Shown here: positions 50,246 through 64,000 of the stretch, one piece after another
How positions within the stretch are numbered: position 1 is the first letter of the stretch
How the letters are laid out: every line of letters begins with the position of its first letter
Source of the DNA: Eledone cirrhosa
Taxonomy: Eukaryota
DNA: 64,000 nt
Direction of reading: 5' to 3'
Assembly: GCA_964016885.1 (NCBI GenBank)
Contig: OZ024743.1
Span: forward strand, 367,102,001-367,166,000
Translations under genes and position numbers: made by a program
Notes under the pieces: generated by a model
The model's input: the letters and a program-made list of their open reading frames with translations, nothing else
Database searches by the model: none
What the model was told of the DNA's origin: nothing

Positions 50246-51202
50246 GAGCCTTGTGATGTGAGGCCGATTGTCACACGTTTTTGTTTTTGTTACCCTTTTT
50301 CTTTTATTTTTATTAAGACATTAAGATGATGTTTATGTTTAAATTTTCAAGATGATTTAATATTATCACTGATAAGAAAATAAAATCTAATCTATTCTGT
50401 TTCATAAAGTGCTTTTAAAAAAAAAAGTATTTTACTAACTCTAACCAACTACTAATCTCATTTCTACCCTTGGGGTGGCACCAGTCACTTGTCTGTGTCT
50501 ATATTGTTTGATGGATTTTCCTGTTGAGAACAATATATAAGCCTCCATTAACTGAATGACCTAATCATTGAATTAGCATGTGTGAATTTGCTGAGTATTC
50601 CATAGACACAGTCATTCACAAGTGTTATACTGTGTAACAAGGTTACACTTTTGAATTATAGGTACAGTCCATCTGATGGGATTCCAGACAATTTCACTCA
50701 CAAGGCTTGGGTCAACCTAAGGCTGTGGTGAAATACAATTGTTCAAGATACAATGCAATGGGATTGAACCTGTGACTTGATGATTGTGAAATGAACTTCT
50801 TTACTCAGTGATGTTTGCATCCATTTTCTATTGATAATCATAGATAGTTTTGACCAGTCTTTGAGAGGAAATATCAACATGTAGACCAATTTGAAATGAA
50901 GTTGTTTTAACTGAAACCTGTAAATCAATGATAATACATGAAGTGTACATTTATTGAAGAATATGGTTACATGGCATGTTAGAATGATATAATATTTAAA
51001 TCATCTTGATACAAGAAATACAATCATAAATAAAATGTGCTTGTGCTCATGCATGCACACACACACACATATACGCACACACACACACATATGTACACAC
51101 ACACGAATGAGAAAAGATAGATAATAAAAGAAATTTAAAAAACATTTTGCATATCAGTATTTACAATAAAATTGAGAGAAGATTACATGTATACATGCAT
51201 AA

Positions 51203-51249
<47 letters not shown>

Positions 51250-51269
51250 CATATGTGTCTGTGTGTGTG

Positions 51270-51465
51270 TGAAGTTGTGTGGCTTTGTGGTTAGAGCATT
51301 GGATTCACAATCGTGAGGTTGTGAGTTCGATTCCAGGACTGGGTGATGCATTGTGTCCTTCAGCAAGACACTTTATTTCACGTTGCTCCAGTTCACTCAG
51401 CTGTAGACATGAGTTGCAATATCACTAGTGCCAAGCTGTATTGGCCTTTGTCCTTTCCTTTGGAA
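51270..51465 (+). mobile_element. tRNA-derived CORE-like SINE head (related to family B, different 3' part)
   Basis: gtggctttgtggttagagcatt...gtgagttcgattcc...gtgtccttcagcaagacactttatttcacgttgctccagttcactcagctgtag. Confidence 0.8.
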
Positions 51466-51526
51466 GGGAAACTTTCTTGGAGCAAATCACATAGTTATTT
51501 GTGACCAAAGAAGATCTTTACCCTTT

Positions 51527-51579
<53 letters not shown>

Positions 51580-54500
51580 TATTCATATCAAATAGAAAAA
51601 TAAAAGAAACTAGTGTGTGCGTGTTATTAAAATTACAACTATTTTTCAGTTTTAACTTTTATATTAGGGAGTTTTCATATTTCCTTATTTGTCATTTATG
51701 TTCTATTAGTAGCAATAAATTTTCTATGTTCATCGATGATCCAAGACTCTCCTGGATGAAAGGATATTAATGGTGGTTGTTATAGCCAATTTTATTATAG
51801 GGGAGAGCCAGAGAAACAAAGCTGTGCCTGTTTTTATCATTGGTTATCACTGGATTTGAATATTCACTGACTGTTGACGCCAAGTTTCAGTTATCAGAAT
51901 GCAGTTCTGTCTAATGTTTGTTTGTTATAACAACAGATGCATGCCTTATCTCTATGTTAAGTTTTGTGTTATGTTTTGCTTTAAATACAGCTTCCATGAC
52001 TAATCTTTTAATTTTTTTTCTCTTTGGTATTCTATGTAAGATAATTGTGTTAATATTTTATGTTGTAGTATAACGTGTTGCTGGCTGACCATATATCTAC
52101 AAGAAGTCATTTCAACTTATTATGTCACACAATACAAGATAAAAAAAAACAACAATTGTTCTATTATTAGAAATGATATATTAGTTACATATTTGGTCAA
52201 TACTCCAGTCAATAAATATGAATTACTATTGTATTCTCTCTCTGAATTCATTCTACAGTATATTGCATAGCAATGTTCTCCATTGTATGATGTCTTTGAT
52301 ATATATTAAAAACTACTTAGGTATTCAAAAGAGAGTGTAAATGGATATGGTAATAAAGTACTAGGCAATCAAGTAAGAGGTTAGTGGTTTATATTGTGTC
52401 AACAGTATTGCATTGTATCAATGGTCAAAACATTTAGCTCTCAAATAGTCCAGTCCACCTAAGTGTAAATAGATACCAACAACTAGGAACAGCTAATCAC
52501 TGATAACATTTAAAATTTGCCATGTGATTAGTTAGCTTACAGTTTTGATTTCATAGTTCCACTCCTCATATAAGTCTGAAAAGGTTAGTCCAATACTCAA
52601 CATCAGATCAAACAGACCACAAGAGCTATGGGTTTTACCCATTACTTGGCTAACTCATACAAAAAGAAAAGTAATAGTCACCTGTATCTAGTTTGCCATT
52701 AGATTTAGACCCTATTTCTAATTAATGTCTAGTGTATGATGGTTAAGCTCTTCATGCACAGATATATACAATCAGATGAACATCTGACAGAGAGTCATAA
52801 AATACTTGAACATTACATATCATTATTAGAGAGTCCTGTTACCCTTTCTGGTTGTTGTTGTTGTTTAAACAGATCTGTGATGAATCTGTATTATCTTCTT
52901 TGTCCAATCCATGCAAGCACAGAAAAACGAACATAAAATGATGATGATGATGATGATGGTTCTCCAAACTCACAGCAAGAGTTGAATTTAGTACCTCAAG
53001 CTAACAAACTACAATTTATGGTGCAACTGTAGTCAAATCTCCTTCAAATCATACCACACCATCTTACTTGGGTGGAAGACATAATCCATCACCTAATTTA
53101 ACAACACCACCTGGGACAGAGATGCTTTTAGCTGAGTCCACTGTGTTGGAAGCATTTTGGTAAGATCTATCATTAAAGGATGCCATCATCCCTCCCATCA
53201 GTCATGCTTTGAAAACGGTAATAGGTACTGCCTAATCTCCTGATTAGATAATAAAAAAAAGCCACATGAAATAATGTAGTCTGAGATATACTATGTCTAA
53301 TTAAAAGATGAAATAGTCATGGCTGGAATGCCTTCGATCATAGATCTGTTTGATCAGATGAAACCTAGGGCTAAGCAACAAAAACAACAACAACCACTAC
53401 AGATGCTACTGGATGTGTACATCGTTTTTGCAACCAGGTTAACTGAGCCATAAATCAGTGTGCCTTGGTCATCATCATAACACAGCCAATTGATCTACTG
53501 ACTACTTGTCATCTACAATATTCAATCAGCCACACATTTACATTCTCAGAAACAAAAACAAGAAGTAGAAAAGCCAAAGGTTTTTCATATGAATTTCATA
53601 TTTGAAGGATAATATATGAACTCTGATCTTTATTTATCAGTAAGAAAAAGCAATATTTATAAATGTTTATAGACAAACTATTGTCCTTAAATAAGATTAC
53701 AATTTTACTTTCTACTTTAGGAATTACTTCATAATACCCAGATCTGTCTTTAAAAATTAGGGCAATCATAGAACAAATAGAAGACAAAAATAAAAAGCAT
53801 ATAGTTATTGACTATAACAACTTCTGTCAGTTTCTTGAAATACTATCAAATAGATTTAGTGTTAAATGTAAAAGACAGACATGAAAACTTACAAATATAA
53901 AAAAAAAACACAATAAAAACATATCTACTACCTCCCACCCCAACAAAAAATAGCAAAGACTAACCAATTCCAAATTGCTATGAAAGAATTATTTTCAATA
54001 TAAGTGTAGTATGTGTAGTATGTTAGTATGTGTAAATATACTAGTGTACATACATATTTCTGAATGAGTATGTATGTATATGTGTACATATATGACTATG
54101 TACATGTGTATATATATGTGTGGATGTATACTTATGTAAGTTACCATAATATTTTTTTCATTTCACCAAAAATGTATATCCCCTTTAATTAGGAACCTTT
54201 TAACTATTTTGATAGTCTGCAATCCAAATTGTAAAACTTGATATTTTAATGTTACCTTATTTTCCTTATTTATTGCACTTTTTGTATTTTATTTCCTCTT
54301 CCACAGATATTGTTTAATGTCATTTGATCTTATATTCCATACTTCAACATGTATGAAGCCTTCTTATTTATTATGGAAAAAAATTAGATAGATTGCTAGG
54401 TAGGAAATAGACAGGTAAGTAGAAACATAAGTAGGTGCTTATATATATATATATGATATATATATATATATATATATATACACGCCCATACCTACATCCA

Positions 54501-55156
54501 TAACTATCTATTATTTTTTCACTTATTTTATCTTTATTATGCATTAATTTTTCCCCATACAATCTTTAACATCATTTGATCTTATAGACTATATTTTAAC
54601 ATTTTTATAAAAATAAAAATAGTAAAAAGAACTGCTTTCCCACACATACATACATAAATACATACATACATACATACATACATACATACATACATGATTA
54701 TATATGTATGTGTATATGTATGCATGTAGAGACACACATATATAAAGTATTTCTCTGTAAAATATCTCATTCTCAGTATCTATAATTAAAAGGATGACAT
54801 TGAAATATTTGTTTAACATTCATCATTTAAGGGAAATATATAAGCATATGTGTGTGCGTGTGTATATATATATACATATATATATACACACACACACACA
54901 CATACACACATATATATATATTGAATAGTATACAACATGTTTATAAATAAACATTTGAAAGCCTTTAGCTATGAATTTTAAAGGCAATGATGGTGCCACC
55001 CACTGAGTTAGGCTTGTCAACTACTCCTTAGCCCATTGCTTCTGCTGGAACTCCAAGGTTAATAAGTATTGTATTGATGTAGTTGTCAGTGTATTCACCA
55101 AGATCTTTACCCCAATTTCTATGTATGTATGTGCATGTGAGTGTGAGTGTGTGTGT

Positions 55157-55197
<41 letters not shown>

Positions 55198-55599
55198 TAA
55201 TAATAGTGCAAATATAACTTTATGGGCTCTATAAGTTTTGTATGGAGTTTACTAGAATTAAACATCTTGTTGTTATATTTTCAATTTAATAATGAAATTA
55301 AAAGAAAAAGAATAAAACAAAACAAAAGCAAATGAACTTACTTGTATCCTGCGTTTAGAGAACTAACACTAAAGATAAACTTAGTTAACTGGATACATGA
55401 GAATATGTTTAGTAATAATTTCTATTATAGGTGGAAGACCTAGAGTTTATTTTATTGCTCTCAGGTAATAAGAGGCAAATTGACTTAGACAGCATTTGAA
55501 ATCAGAACGTAAAGAGCTGGAGCAAATACCACAATGCATTTTGTCCAATGTATTAACAATTTTATTAATGAACCAATGAGTGTACAAACACATGGCCCC

Positions 55600-56075
55600 C
55601 ACATGCACACACATGAACACACAGAGGAATTGTGCAAAAAATACATTGAAATGCAATGTCAGTGGTTCAAACATACTCCTCTTGAATCCTGCCTATCAAG
55701 TAAAGGAGTAGAGTTATTTTGGAACTTTGAGGTCAAGACCACAAAAAAGTCCAACACAACCACTTTGATACTGTAAAAACAAACAATGCCCCCAAAAGGA
55801 CTCTAATTGATATTGTGGTCCCTCAAGACCACAATGAGGCTGAAAAGGAAATGGAAAAGATCGATAAGTATACAGACCTTGTAGGTGCTGTTATAACTGA
55901 GCACCATGTACAGGCAAAAATTGTGTCAATCATCATTGGGGTGCTAGACACGGCCCCTAAATGTCATCTCTTTCATCAAAAGCTTTGAAATTCCCAACTT
56001 CATAGGTGGTGCCCAAATTTTTACCGTCACTAGCACTGCCAGAAACCTGCAGAATTTTTTTGAACCTCTCAGATC
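55600..56075 (+). mobile_element. Degraded R4/Dong-type RLE fragment
   Basis: ELCKKY, WFKHTP, VELFWNF, LIDIVVP, EKEMEKIDKYTDL, IIIGVL. Confidence 0.7.
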
Positions 56076-56189
56076 AGGGACCGATCTGAGGCCAATTAAC
56101 ACACTTCAACTAGAAACTGGTTGTTAGAGAAACCTAACCCCCCAAAAGTTATTCCTCCTCCCCCTCCTCCTCCCACCTCTTTCTTCTCC

Positions 56190-57167
56190 CACTTATTTCT
56201 GTGAGGGTCGTGGGGGCAGAGTCCTCTGACACACTTTCCAGCGGGTCTTGTCAGAAGCAATTGTTTCCAATTGATTTGGTTGGATCCCTAAGTGAGACCA
56301 GCTGAGTTTATGGGTGTTATTCAACCCTCTTGCTTGGGCTTTTCTCCTTGGTCTCCTGCCAGTTGGTTTTTACCCATAAAATCTGTCCACAATTCTTTCC
56401 TGTGACATTCTAACCATATGTCTATAATATCGAAGCTATGATCTCTCAAATTGGAGAAGTAGCAGCTCTACATGGAGTGACCCTCTAATCTCCGAGCTAT
56501 GCCCTCTATTGAGTAATGTTACTTCAAAGACCCGTCGGATGAACCCCATTTCGGCCACTTGTATCTGTGATTATATTCTTTTAGGCAGCAAGTTAATAAA
56601 TATGCTGGCAGACAGGAATCTCTTCTTGCAATGGTGAAAAGATGGAAACTTTCCTAGTATGGTCCTTATATCCTGCTACAACTCCTTGTTTAAATCCATC
56701 CTTTAGGGCACAGTCGAAAGAAGGAAAAGGAGAGGCAGACAAATAGAATCCTGGTCTGACAACATCAAAGACTCAACTGGTCACAACATCGAAACTCTTC
56801 TATGTATGATGGGGAATGGAGACCAGAGGTGACACCTGACTACAAAAGCATCTGGAGTGGCACCCCAATGACTGGCTCCACCAGTTGTAGGAATATGATT
56901 GATTGATTCTTTTTTGTCATTACCCAAGATTCCTGACCATAGGTAAGGGTTGGCATGAATACTGAATTGAAGATGATGTGTTTGGCTTTTACACCTACCT
57001 CCCTTTTGATTACTGAATGCTGAAGCTGGCACATTACTGCACCATATCATACAATTCTTGCACTTAATTCAGCCTTCTGGCTGCCATCACTCATGAACAT
57101 GGCCCCTGAGATACTTGAGCTTCTCCTCCTACTTCAGCAGAACTCCATTCACATTTAATGTTCCAGC
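56190..57167 (-). mobile_element. RTE-like LINE 3' fragment (family X), split by a nested insertion
   Basis: Minus strand LNVNGV...KLKYL...PTLTYGQESWVMTKK (57165-56906) resumes as RIQVAEMGFIRRV...GRRPRRK (56582-56190). Confidence 0.8.
56583..56905 (+). mobile_element. Nested 5'-truncated RTE-like LINE (different family) with (TGAT)n tail and 8-bp TSD
   Basis: QESLLAMVKRWKL...GTVERRKRRGRQIESWSDNIKD. attctttt occurs at 56575-56582 and 56906-56913. Confidence 0.8.
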
Positions 57168-57638
57168 TTCAGCATTCAGTAATCAGAAGAGAGGTAGGTG
57201 TAAAAGCCAAAAGTGCTGTCTTCAATTTGGTATTCATGCCAACCTTTACCTATGACCAAAAGAATACGATCGCGAATACAAGCGACTAAAATGGGGTTCC
57301 TCCGAAGGGTCTTTGGAGTAATGTTACTCGATAAAGTGCGTAGTTCGGAGATCAGGGAGTCACTCCATGTAAAGCTGCTACTTCTCTGAATTGAGAGATC
57401 ACAGCTCTGATATGGACCTGTGGTTCGAATGTCTCAGGAAAGAATTGCTGGACAGGTTTTATGGGCAAAACCAATTGGCAGGAGACCCAAGGGTAGACCT
57501 TGAGCAAGATGGTTGGATAACATCCAAGAGCTTGGCTGGTCTTGCTTCAGTATCCAGCCGGATCAGTTGGAGACGGTTGCTTCTGACAGGACCCACTGGA
57601 AGGAGTGTTTGAGGACTCTACCCCCATCACCCTCTTAG
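57163..57638 (+). mobile_element. RTE-like LINE 3' fragment (family X), second copy, opposite orientation
   Basis: Colinear with the minus copy from ccagcttcagcattcagt to gaggactctacccccatcaccctc, then runs into (GAA)n. Confidence 0.85.
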
Positions 57639-57804
57639 GAAGAAGAAGAAGAAGAAGAAGAAGAAGAAGAAAAAGAAGAAGAAGAAGAAGAAGAAGAAGA
57701 AGAAGAAGAAGAAGAAGAAGAAGAAGAAGAAGAAGAAGAAGAAGAAGAAGAAGAAGAAGAAGAAGAAGAAGAAGAAGAAGAAGAAGAAGAAGAAGAAGAA
57801 GAAG
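57639..57804. repeat. (GAA)n expansion at the LINE tail
   Basis: Directly visible, about 55 units. Confidence 0.97.
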
Positions 57805-59439
57805 ACTACAATGTAACTTTTCTCAGTGTAAAACTATTAATTTGTCAGCATATTTTAACAGTGTTTCCCTTAGTCTCATTTTCCTGAGATCAACACAAAT
57901 GTCCCCGTGGGTCTGTGGCAAACACTTTCAGTCTTCCCCCACTGTCATGCCATCTCAGTGACAGTCAATTCGTATGACATACAGTTCTCAACAAGATTGC
58001 TAAATGTATCTTAGAAAAGTTATTACTTATTACCGAATTATTATATACAATAAGGTAGAAAGGGCTCTTCAGTCAAGCCAATGACATCATCCATCCTTCC
58101 AACATTATTCCTTAGTAACTAGTCTCACTATAACTGTACCTTGCTACCCCATCAAAGGTAGAGCCCTTTTAAAATTCCATCATGCAAATCATAACAGATC
58201 TCACTTTCCTTGAACTTCTTTTTGTCCCTGATCACTCTTCTTCCTCCTCTCCTCTCTCAAATCCCCCTGTCAACTACTAGTATACACCCCTCTTTAAGCC
58301 CCACCACACTTGTCATACACCCATGACATCACACATATTATCTTCCTGTCGTTTATGTCATCACCCATGTTATGCTCCCTTTATCCATGACATCATACCT
58401 ATCACTCCTTACCATCGTATTCCCCCTAAACACAACATACTTGGAACAAGTCTTCATCATCCCTGATCCTATGGTAGAGAAGGTACCTCAGTCAAGTCAA
58501 TGAAGATAACCTCTCTCTGTAGAATATGAGAACACATGCAAGTGAGATGCAAATCAAGTCAGTACTTTATCAGTACTACTGTCCTCCTAGATGGGTTGGG
58601 GAACCACATCCCACTCAATATATTCCATTTTTGGCATGGTTTCTATGGCTGGATGTCCTTCTTAATATCAACAACTTTTCAGACTGTACTTGGTTGTATT
58701 TTATCATGGCATCAGCACTTAAGAGATTGTTGTCATAACTTGGACATGACTGAAAAGTCCTCTTACCCCATGTTTAACTGAATGCTAGTCACAAACTTAA
58801 GGAGGGCCCTTTGGTCAACAGCAGGTATGACCAAGAGTAAAGAAGATGGGAACTTTAGATGTGGGACTTTAGAATGGATCACCTTGCGCCAAGGCAAACA
58901 TGATCAAATGTGGAGATGGGAGGATATGTCAGCTAACATGGGCATAATTGTATGATTATGTAATGTAGACAGAGCTATTGGGTTACATGCTCGTTGTTGG
59001 TAAGATAACACCAGGAGAGGTAGGGGGGGGGGGCGAATGAGGATTGAATTGCAGTATTGGTGGGTAGTGGAACCATATCAAGAAGGGAGGTTAATGGCCA
59101 GCAGTAGATGACATAGCAAAGAGGGAGAGAGCTATGGTTAGCTGAGAATGATGATGATCAGGGTGGAAGAAAGCTAAAGAGATAGATGGGTGGGTGGGCA
59201 GAGGTAGAGTTACAGGAATAATAGTAGTAGAGGCAGTGGTAGGAGCTGTGTTGGGTACAGTCAGGCCAAGTGCCACACCTTGCTACATGGTAATGATGTA
59301 GAGGATCAATAGAGAGTAATAGATGAGAGAGTAAAGGGGTAAGTGTGAAATAGATATGGCAGTAGGTGGAGGAAGGAACTTATTAAGATCATATTGGGAA
59401 CTTGTTTATACTGGTAGGTGGATCTTCTCCAACAACATG

Positions 59440-60425
59440 TGCCACTAATCAGTGTAGTTCTTTATCATCTATGTCATGAGTTTCAGCTTCTTGAGTTCAG
59501 CTTTTATCACTTCATCTCTTTTTTATAGATTTCATCAACTTTAAGAGCTCAGTCCTTCTTACACAACTGACATCCTTCATACACACCACATATCCACACC
59601 ATTGCAGCTTTCTATTTTCTACACTTCATCTGATTCCTCTGTTACCCAGCTTTTCTCTCATAATATTCCTACTTCATTGTTCATGTGCATTAACATTACA
59701 CATCCAGCAGAGCATGTTTATCTTATTACTTTCCAGCCACCACAAATCTTCAGCATTCAAGACTCATATTTCATTACGATACTGCATTAAAGTTCATATA
59801 CAAGCATGTCTGCCCTTCATGTTGAGAGAAGAAAATAACTTTGTTGCCAACAGGTAATTTCCATGATTTCTTCCACCATGATCTTAATCTGGCTAGTATG
59901 CTTTTGGTGCAACCTTCTCCACTACTGATTTGATCACATGAGAGAATCTCCTTTGTGTATATTATTACTGCTAACTACTCTCATTCATCTTCCAGACACA
60001 AAATCTGTCTTTTCTATCAACCTAACTGTAATCTCACTACACTTCTTGTATGTCTATAGGTTACATTAAGTACAGCATATGAAATTTTTTACCTACTCCT
60101 ATCTCGCATATTGAGCAGGGCTACTTTCCTGTCTTCTTTTCTACTTACTGAAACCTTGGTCTTTCCTAGATTTTTTCTCTGGGGTCATTTATTTCCAGGT
60201 TTTGATTCCATGTTTGGAATTTTCTCTTTTAGAGATTCAGCTTTGCGGTCTAAGTCATCAACATACAGCAGTTCTCAGGAATAGCCAGTCTTGTATTCCT
60301 CTGTTATGGCCTGTAGGACTATAATAAATAACAGTTGAGTGAGGAATAAGCCATGGTCGACCCCTACATGTATGCTAAATTTGTTGTACTAATTTCTAGC
60401 TTTCACTTTCTTATTAGGAAGACTA
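59440..60425 (-). mobile_element. Highly degraded RTE-like LINE RT/3' region
   Basis: Remnants of HVGVDHGLFLT, ELLYVDDL, GKTKV and RLQWCGYVVCM on the minus strand. Confidence 0.55.
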
Positions 60426-61473
60426 TGCTGGTAGCAGAATTGAACTCAAGACATATGTAGGCAGTTTAATACCATATCCTCTTGACCATTTCAGTTCTGT
60501 TATCTTTACAGACAATAAGAGTACACTTTAATAGCAGTATCATAGCAATTAGTAAAACAACACTCAAAGCTCAGAATTTTTGGAAAGAACTATACAGCTA
60601 TAACATTGCATAAAGTCAATTCAAAATAGTATTTTCATGAAGGTGGCTGAAACAGTCTTTTCTTGTGTGTTTATCATCCACACATCCTGTCCTTTGGGTC
60701 TGTGATCATGTTACCACAACAGACCAAACTTGCAATCAATCTTAGCTTGCATGACAGATTTCTATAATAAATTCACTCATATTTCATTCCACTTTCTTTT
60801 GATCTATGTTTGTGCGAAATTTTATGTGGAATAATATTTAGAGAATTTCATTTGTTTTTAACATAGACCAGCTATATTGTAATTTACAGTGAACAAAAGT
60901 TAAGTCTTTCCACTTCCTCCTCATCTCTTTCTTTCTTCCTCTTCCTGTATATATGTATGTGTGTGTGTGTTTGCGTGCATATATGTAGGTATGTTTATAT
61001 GTATGTATATAGATTATAATGTACCACAATGTTTCAGGACTTAATATTCTAATTGCCCTTCTGAAAATGTTCACCAGAGTGTAGATTTGATGTGTCGCTG
61101 CATGAATGCAAAGCAATATACTTTTATAGCTGATATTAGACTTACAGAAATAGAACAGACTTTGTAATAAAGTCACACAGAGAAGCTGATGACAGTAAAA
61201 AAATAAAAAAATAATAATTAGAGGGGCAGATATTTAAAATATCTAAGAGATGGGAGAAAAATATAATAACCTGTTTCACTTGAAGAAACCAGTTAAGCAA
61301 ACCTGGGTTTATTTGAGAAAATGGTAAATTCTGTTCAATTGGAAATGGTAGATATATTATGTTTCATTCAAGACAGGTATATTTTATTTTAAGTCAGATA
61401 GTTGAATTTTGTTAAGTCTGAAGAATCTTGTAAAGGAGGAATATACAGATTCATATGGCTTAAACTAGATGGA

Positions 61474-61499
61474 TAGTAGTAGTAGTAGTAGTAGTAGTA

Positions 61500-61541
<42 letters not shown>

Positions 61542-61643
61542 AAAGAAGAAGAAGAAGAAGAAGAAGAAGAAGAAGAAGAAGAAGAAGAAGAAGAAGAAGA
61601 AGAAGAAGAAGAAGAAGAAGAAGAAGAAGAAGAAGAAGAAGAT
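61474..61643. repeat. Compound (TAG)n(GAT)n(GAA)n microsatellite
   Basis: Directly visible. Confidence 0.97.
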
Positions 61644-62552
61644 GAAATGACTCTTAGAAAGTTATAGTAGAAAGGACTCTTAGAAAGGTGTAGTAGTAAA
61701 AATAAGAAATAGCCAATGTTTTGTACCATGCTGGTTTCAACTTTCTATTTTGTCTTTGTGGGTTGGTTGTATTTGTTGTATGTATTTCTATTTATGTTTA
61801 TCAATGACATTATATTTGTAATGTTTAAGAAAGTAAGATGGTGAGATGCTGGCATCAGTGTAATTAAACTGCACCCTTCTCTACAAAATCGACCCAAAGC
61901 TTGATCAAAAGAAATCTATATTTGGAAATAGCTGTGGAATATTGAGAATACTAAAAGATATGGCTGAAAGTAAAGAATTGAACGACTTTATGACGGAAAT
62001 TCATAAAATATAGAAATAGATTACTTGAGAAACAGTTAGAAATGAAAGATATAAAGAGATTCCTTCAACAGAATGAATAAATGATGCAAGTTGGAGAGTA
62101 ATGGTAGTCAGAATACAGATCGACTAAAGAAAAGTTCAAAGAGTCATTGTAACCCACAGCAAGTAAATTTAACAAATACACAATTAGTGGGCAGGAATAA
62201 TTGGAAGAGAATTACTGTAGAGATTTGATTAATCTATGCTATCAGCAAAAATAGATAAAAAAAAAGGGGCCAGGGGAGGTTAGAAACAAACAATCAAACA
62301 AAACCAATTTTACAATTTAGTTCATATTTCATTTGACAATGTGTGAAGATTAAAACAAGAGTTAAGGAGAATGGAGTGCTCTACAGATAACTTATAATTC
62401 TTTTTACATGAATCTTTTTTCATCTGAATTATATACATTCTTATCCAGAGTGAGTGTATGACGATGGCAAAGAGAAATCTAAAGAGATTTAAAAATTAAT
62501 GCATACATATGTGTATATGTGTGTGTGTGTGTGTGCGTGTGTGTGTGTTTAT

Positions 62553-62834
62553 ATCATCATCATCATCATCATCACCGTTTTACGTTTATTTTTCCATGCT
62601 AGCATGGGTTAGACGAGTTGTACTGTTGTGGGCAATGCTAGGTCAGGTGACCATGTCTTGCTCATACAGAACTGATTTTGGCTTGGTTTCTACAGCTGGA
62701 TGCATTTGCTAACGCCAACCTCATTTACAGTGAGTAGTGGGTGCTTTTTGTTGTGACACCTACATGTCCACTTTACAGTGTGAACTGGGTGCTTTTTGTC
62801 ATGACACCTACAGGACCACTTTATAGTGTGGGCT

Positions 62835-62837
<3 letters not shown>
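62553..62837 (-). mobile_element. RTE-type tail with about 3 internal ~49-bp modules
   Basis: Matches 35746-36000. The unit tttacagtg...gggtgctttttg...gacacctaca...ccac is repeated. Confidence 0.8.
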
Positions 62838-62906
<69 letters not shown>

Positions 62907-63271
62907 TGTACAATTCCAACCTCGATGCCAACCACATTCGGCTTGTGTATTCAGCACTGCAGACTCTCTAACCCCCCTCTCTCTCTATATATATGTATAT
63001 ACAGTGGAAAATAAAGGAAATTCATTGATACAGTAAGATATATTTGAAAAAAGAGAAGAATGACTTCACTGTTGGTTGGTATTTATTAATAGTTCAAAGC
63101 TTCCCAGTAAGTTGTTATTGATATTAGTTCTGGTAAGTTCCTGTTAAGTTTAATGGAGAACTTTAAGTCCTTGTTAACTTTCTGGGGTGTTTTCTTGCAT
63201 TCGTCTTCCCTTTCACTTTCCTTTCATCAAAAGATGAAATGTGCTCTATTTTGATTAACATACATTCTCAC

Positions 63272-63295
63272 TGTTCTACTCTCAGGTCCCCCTAC

Positions 63296-63366
<71 letters not shown>

Positions 63367-63386
63367 CTACTCTCAGGTCCCCCTAC

Positions 63387-63459
<73 letters not shown>

Positions 63460-63485
63460 TCTCTCTCTCTCTCTATATATATATA
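63272..63485. repeat. Duplicated 29-bp unique unit, each copy followed by (CT)n
   Basis: ctgttctactctcaggtccccctaccatt occurs at ~63271 and ~63362. Confidence 0.9.
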
Positions 63486-64000
63486 GATATACGATATTAA
63501 TAAATGGAAACTATATTTATAAAACCATATTTATTTCATTATACATATTTCAGGGATACCAAATTAAATTATGGTATGCCTTCATCAGACAAAATACAAT
63601 ATATAACAGTTTTACAAATAAGCTTTGACGTACCCTATTAAAATGCAACCATTATTTTTGGAAGCCATCCGGATAGTGAGTTGTTTATATTATTTTAATA
63701 AGTCATAGTGTTAAGGACAATTAGAAAAAGTCGGAGAGAAAGAAAAAGGCAGAGAGAGAGAAAGAAAAAACGTGGAGAAGTATCGGAGAGAGAGAAATGC
63801 ATGGAGAAAAACGAAAGAGATAAATAAAGACAGGAGGGAAGAAAGAAAAAAGGAAGAAATAAGAAATAAGAAAAACAGAGGAAAGCAACAGAGAGATATT
63901 AAGTCATCAGACAGATAGTAAAACTCAAGAGAGAGAAATATTATATAGAGAGAGGGGGAGATAGTGAAAACTTTACGTCATGTCATATTAAGTTGAGTTA

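Noticed and set aside
51270-51345. tRNA gene
   Set aside because: A/B boxes are present, but I could not form a proper acceptor stem and the sequence continues into a SINE CORE-like domain. The same holds at 9890-9963 and 39000-39071.
57605-57961. Poly-Arg ORF
   Set aside because: It is a translation of the (GAA)n microsatellite.

Overview
AT-rich, microsatellite-dense animal genomic DNA with no confidently identifiable host gene, rRNA, tRNA or CRISPR array. The SINE families and composition suggest a coleoid cephalopod such as Octopus; this is an inference from recalled repeat sequences, not verified. The window is dominated by retroelements. The largest are a near-full-length but disrupted L1/Tx1-clade LINE (+, ~12.15-17.62 kb) joined tail-to-tail through an (ATT)n tract to a near-full-length R4/Dong-type RT + restriction-like-endonuclease LINE (-, ~17.64-21.6 kb). 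Also present are CRE-like and RTE-like LINE fragments, three tRNA-derived SINE families, two hAT-type MITEs with 8-bp TSDs and a Helitron-like 3' end. The most interesting observations are: a minimal hammerhead-ribozyme-like motif with an inverted partial copy at the window start; a candidate HDV-like ribozyme at the 5' end of the R4/Dong element; a twin-priming-type 5' inversion in an RTE-like LINE; a head-to-head fusion of two RTE copies with a nested third element; and an RTE LINE/SINE shared 3' tail.
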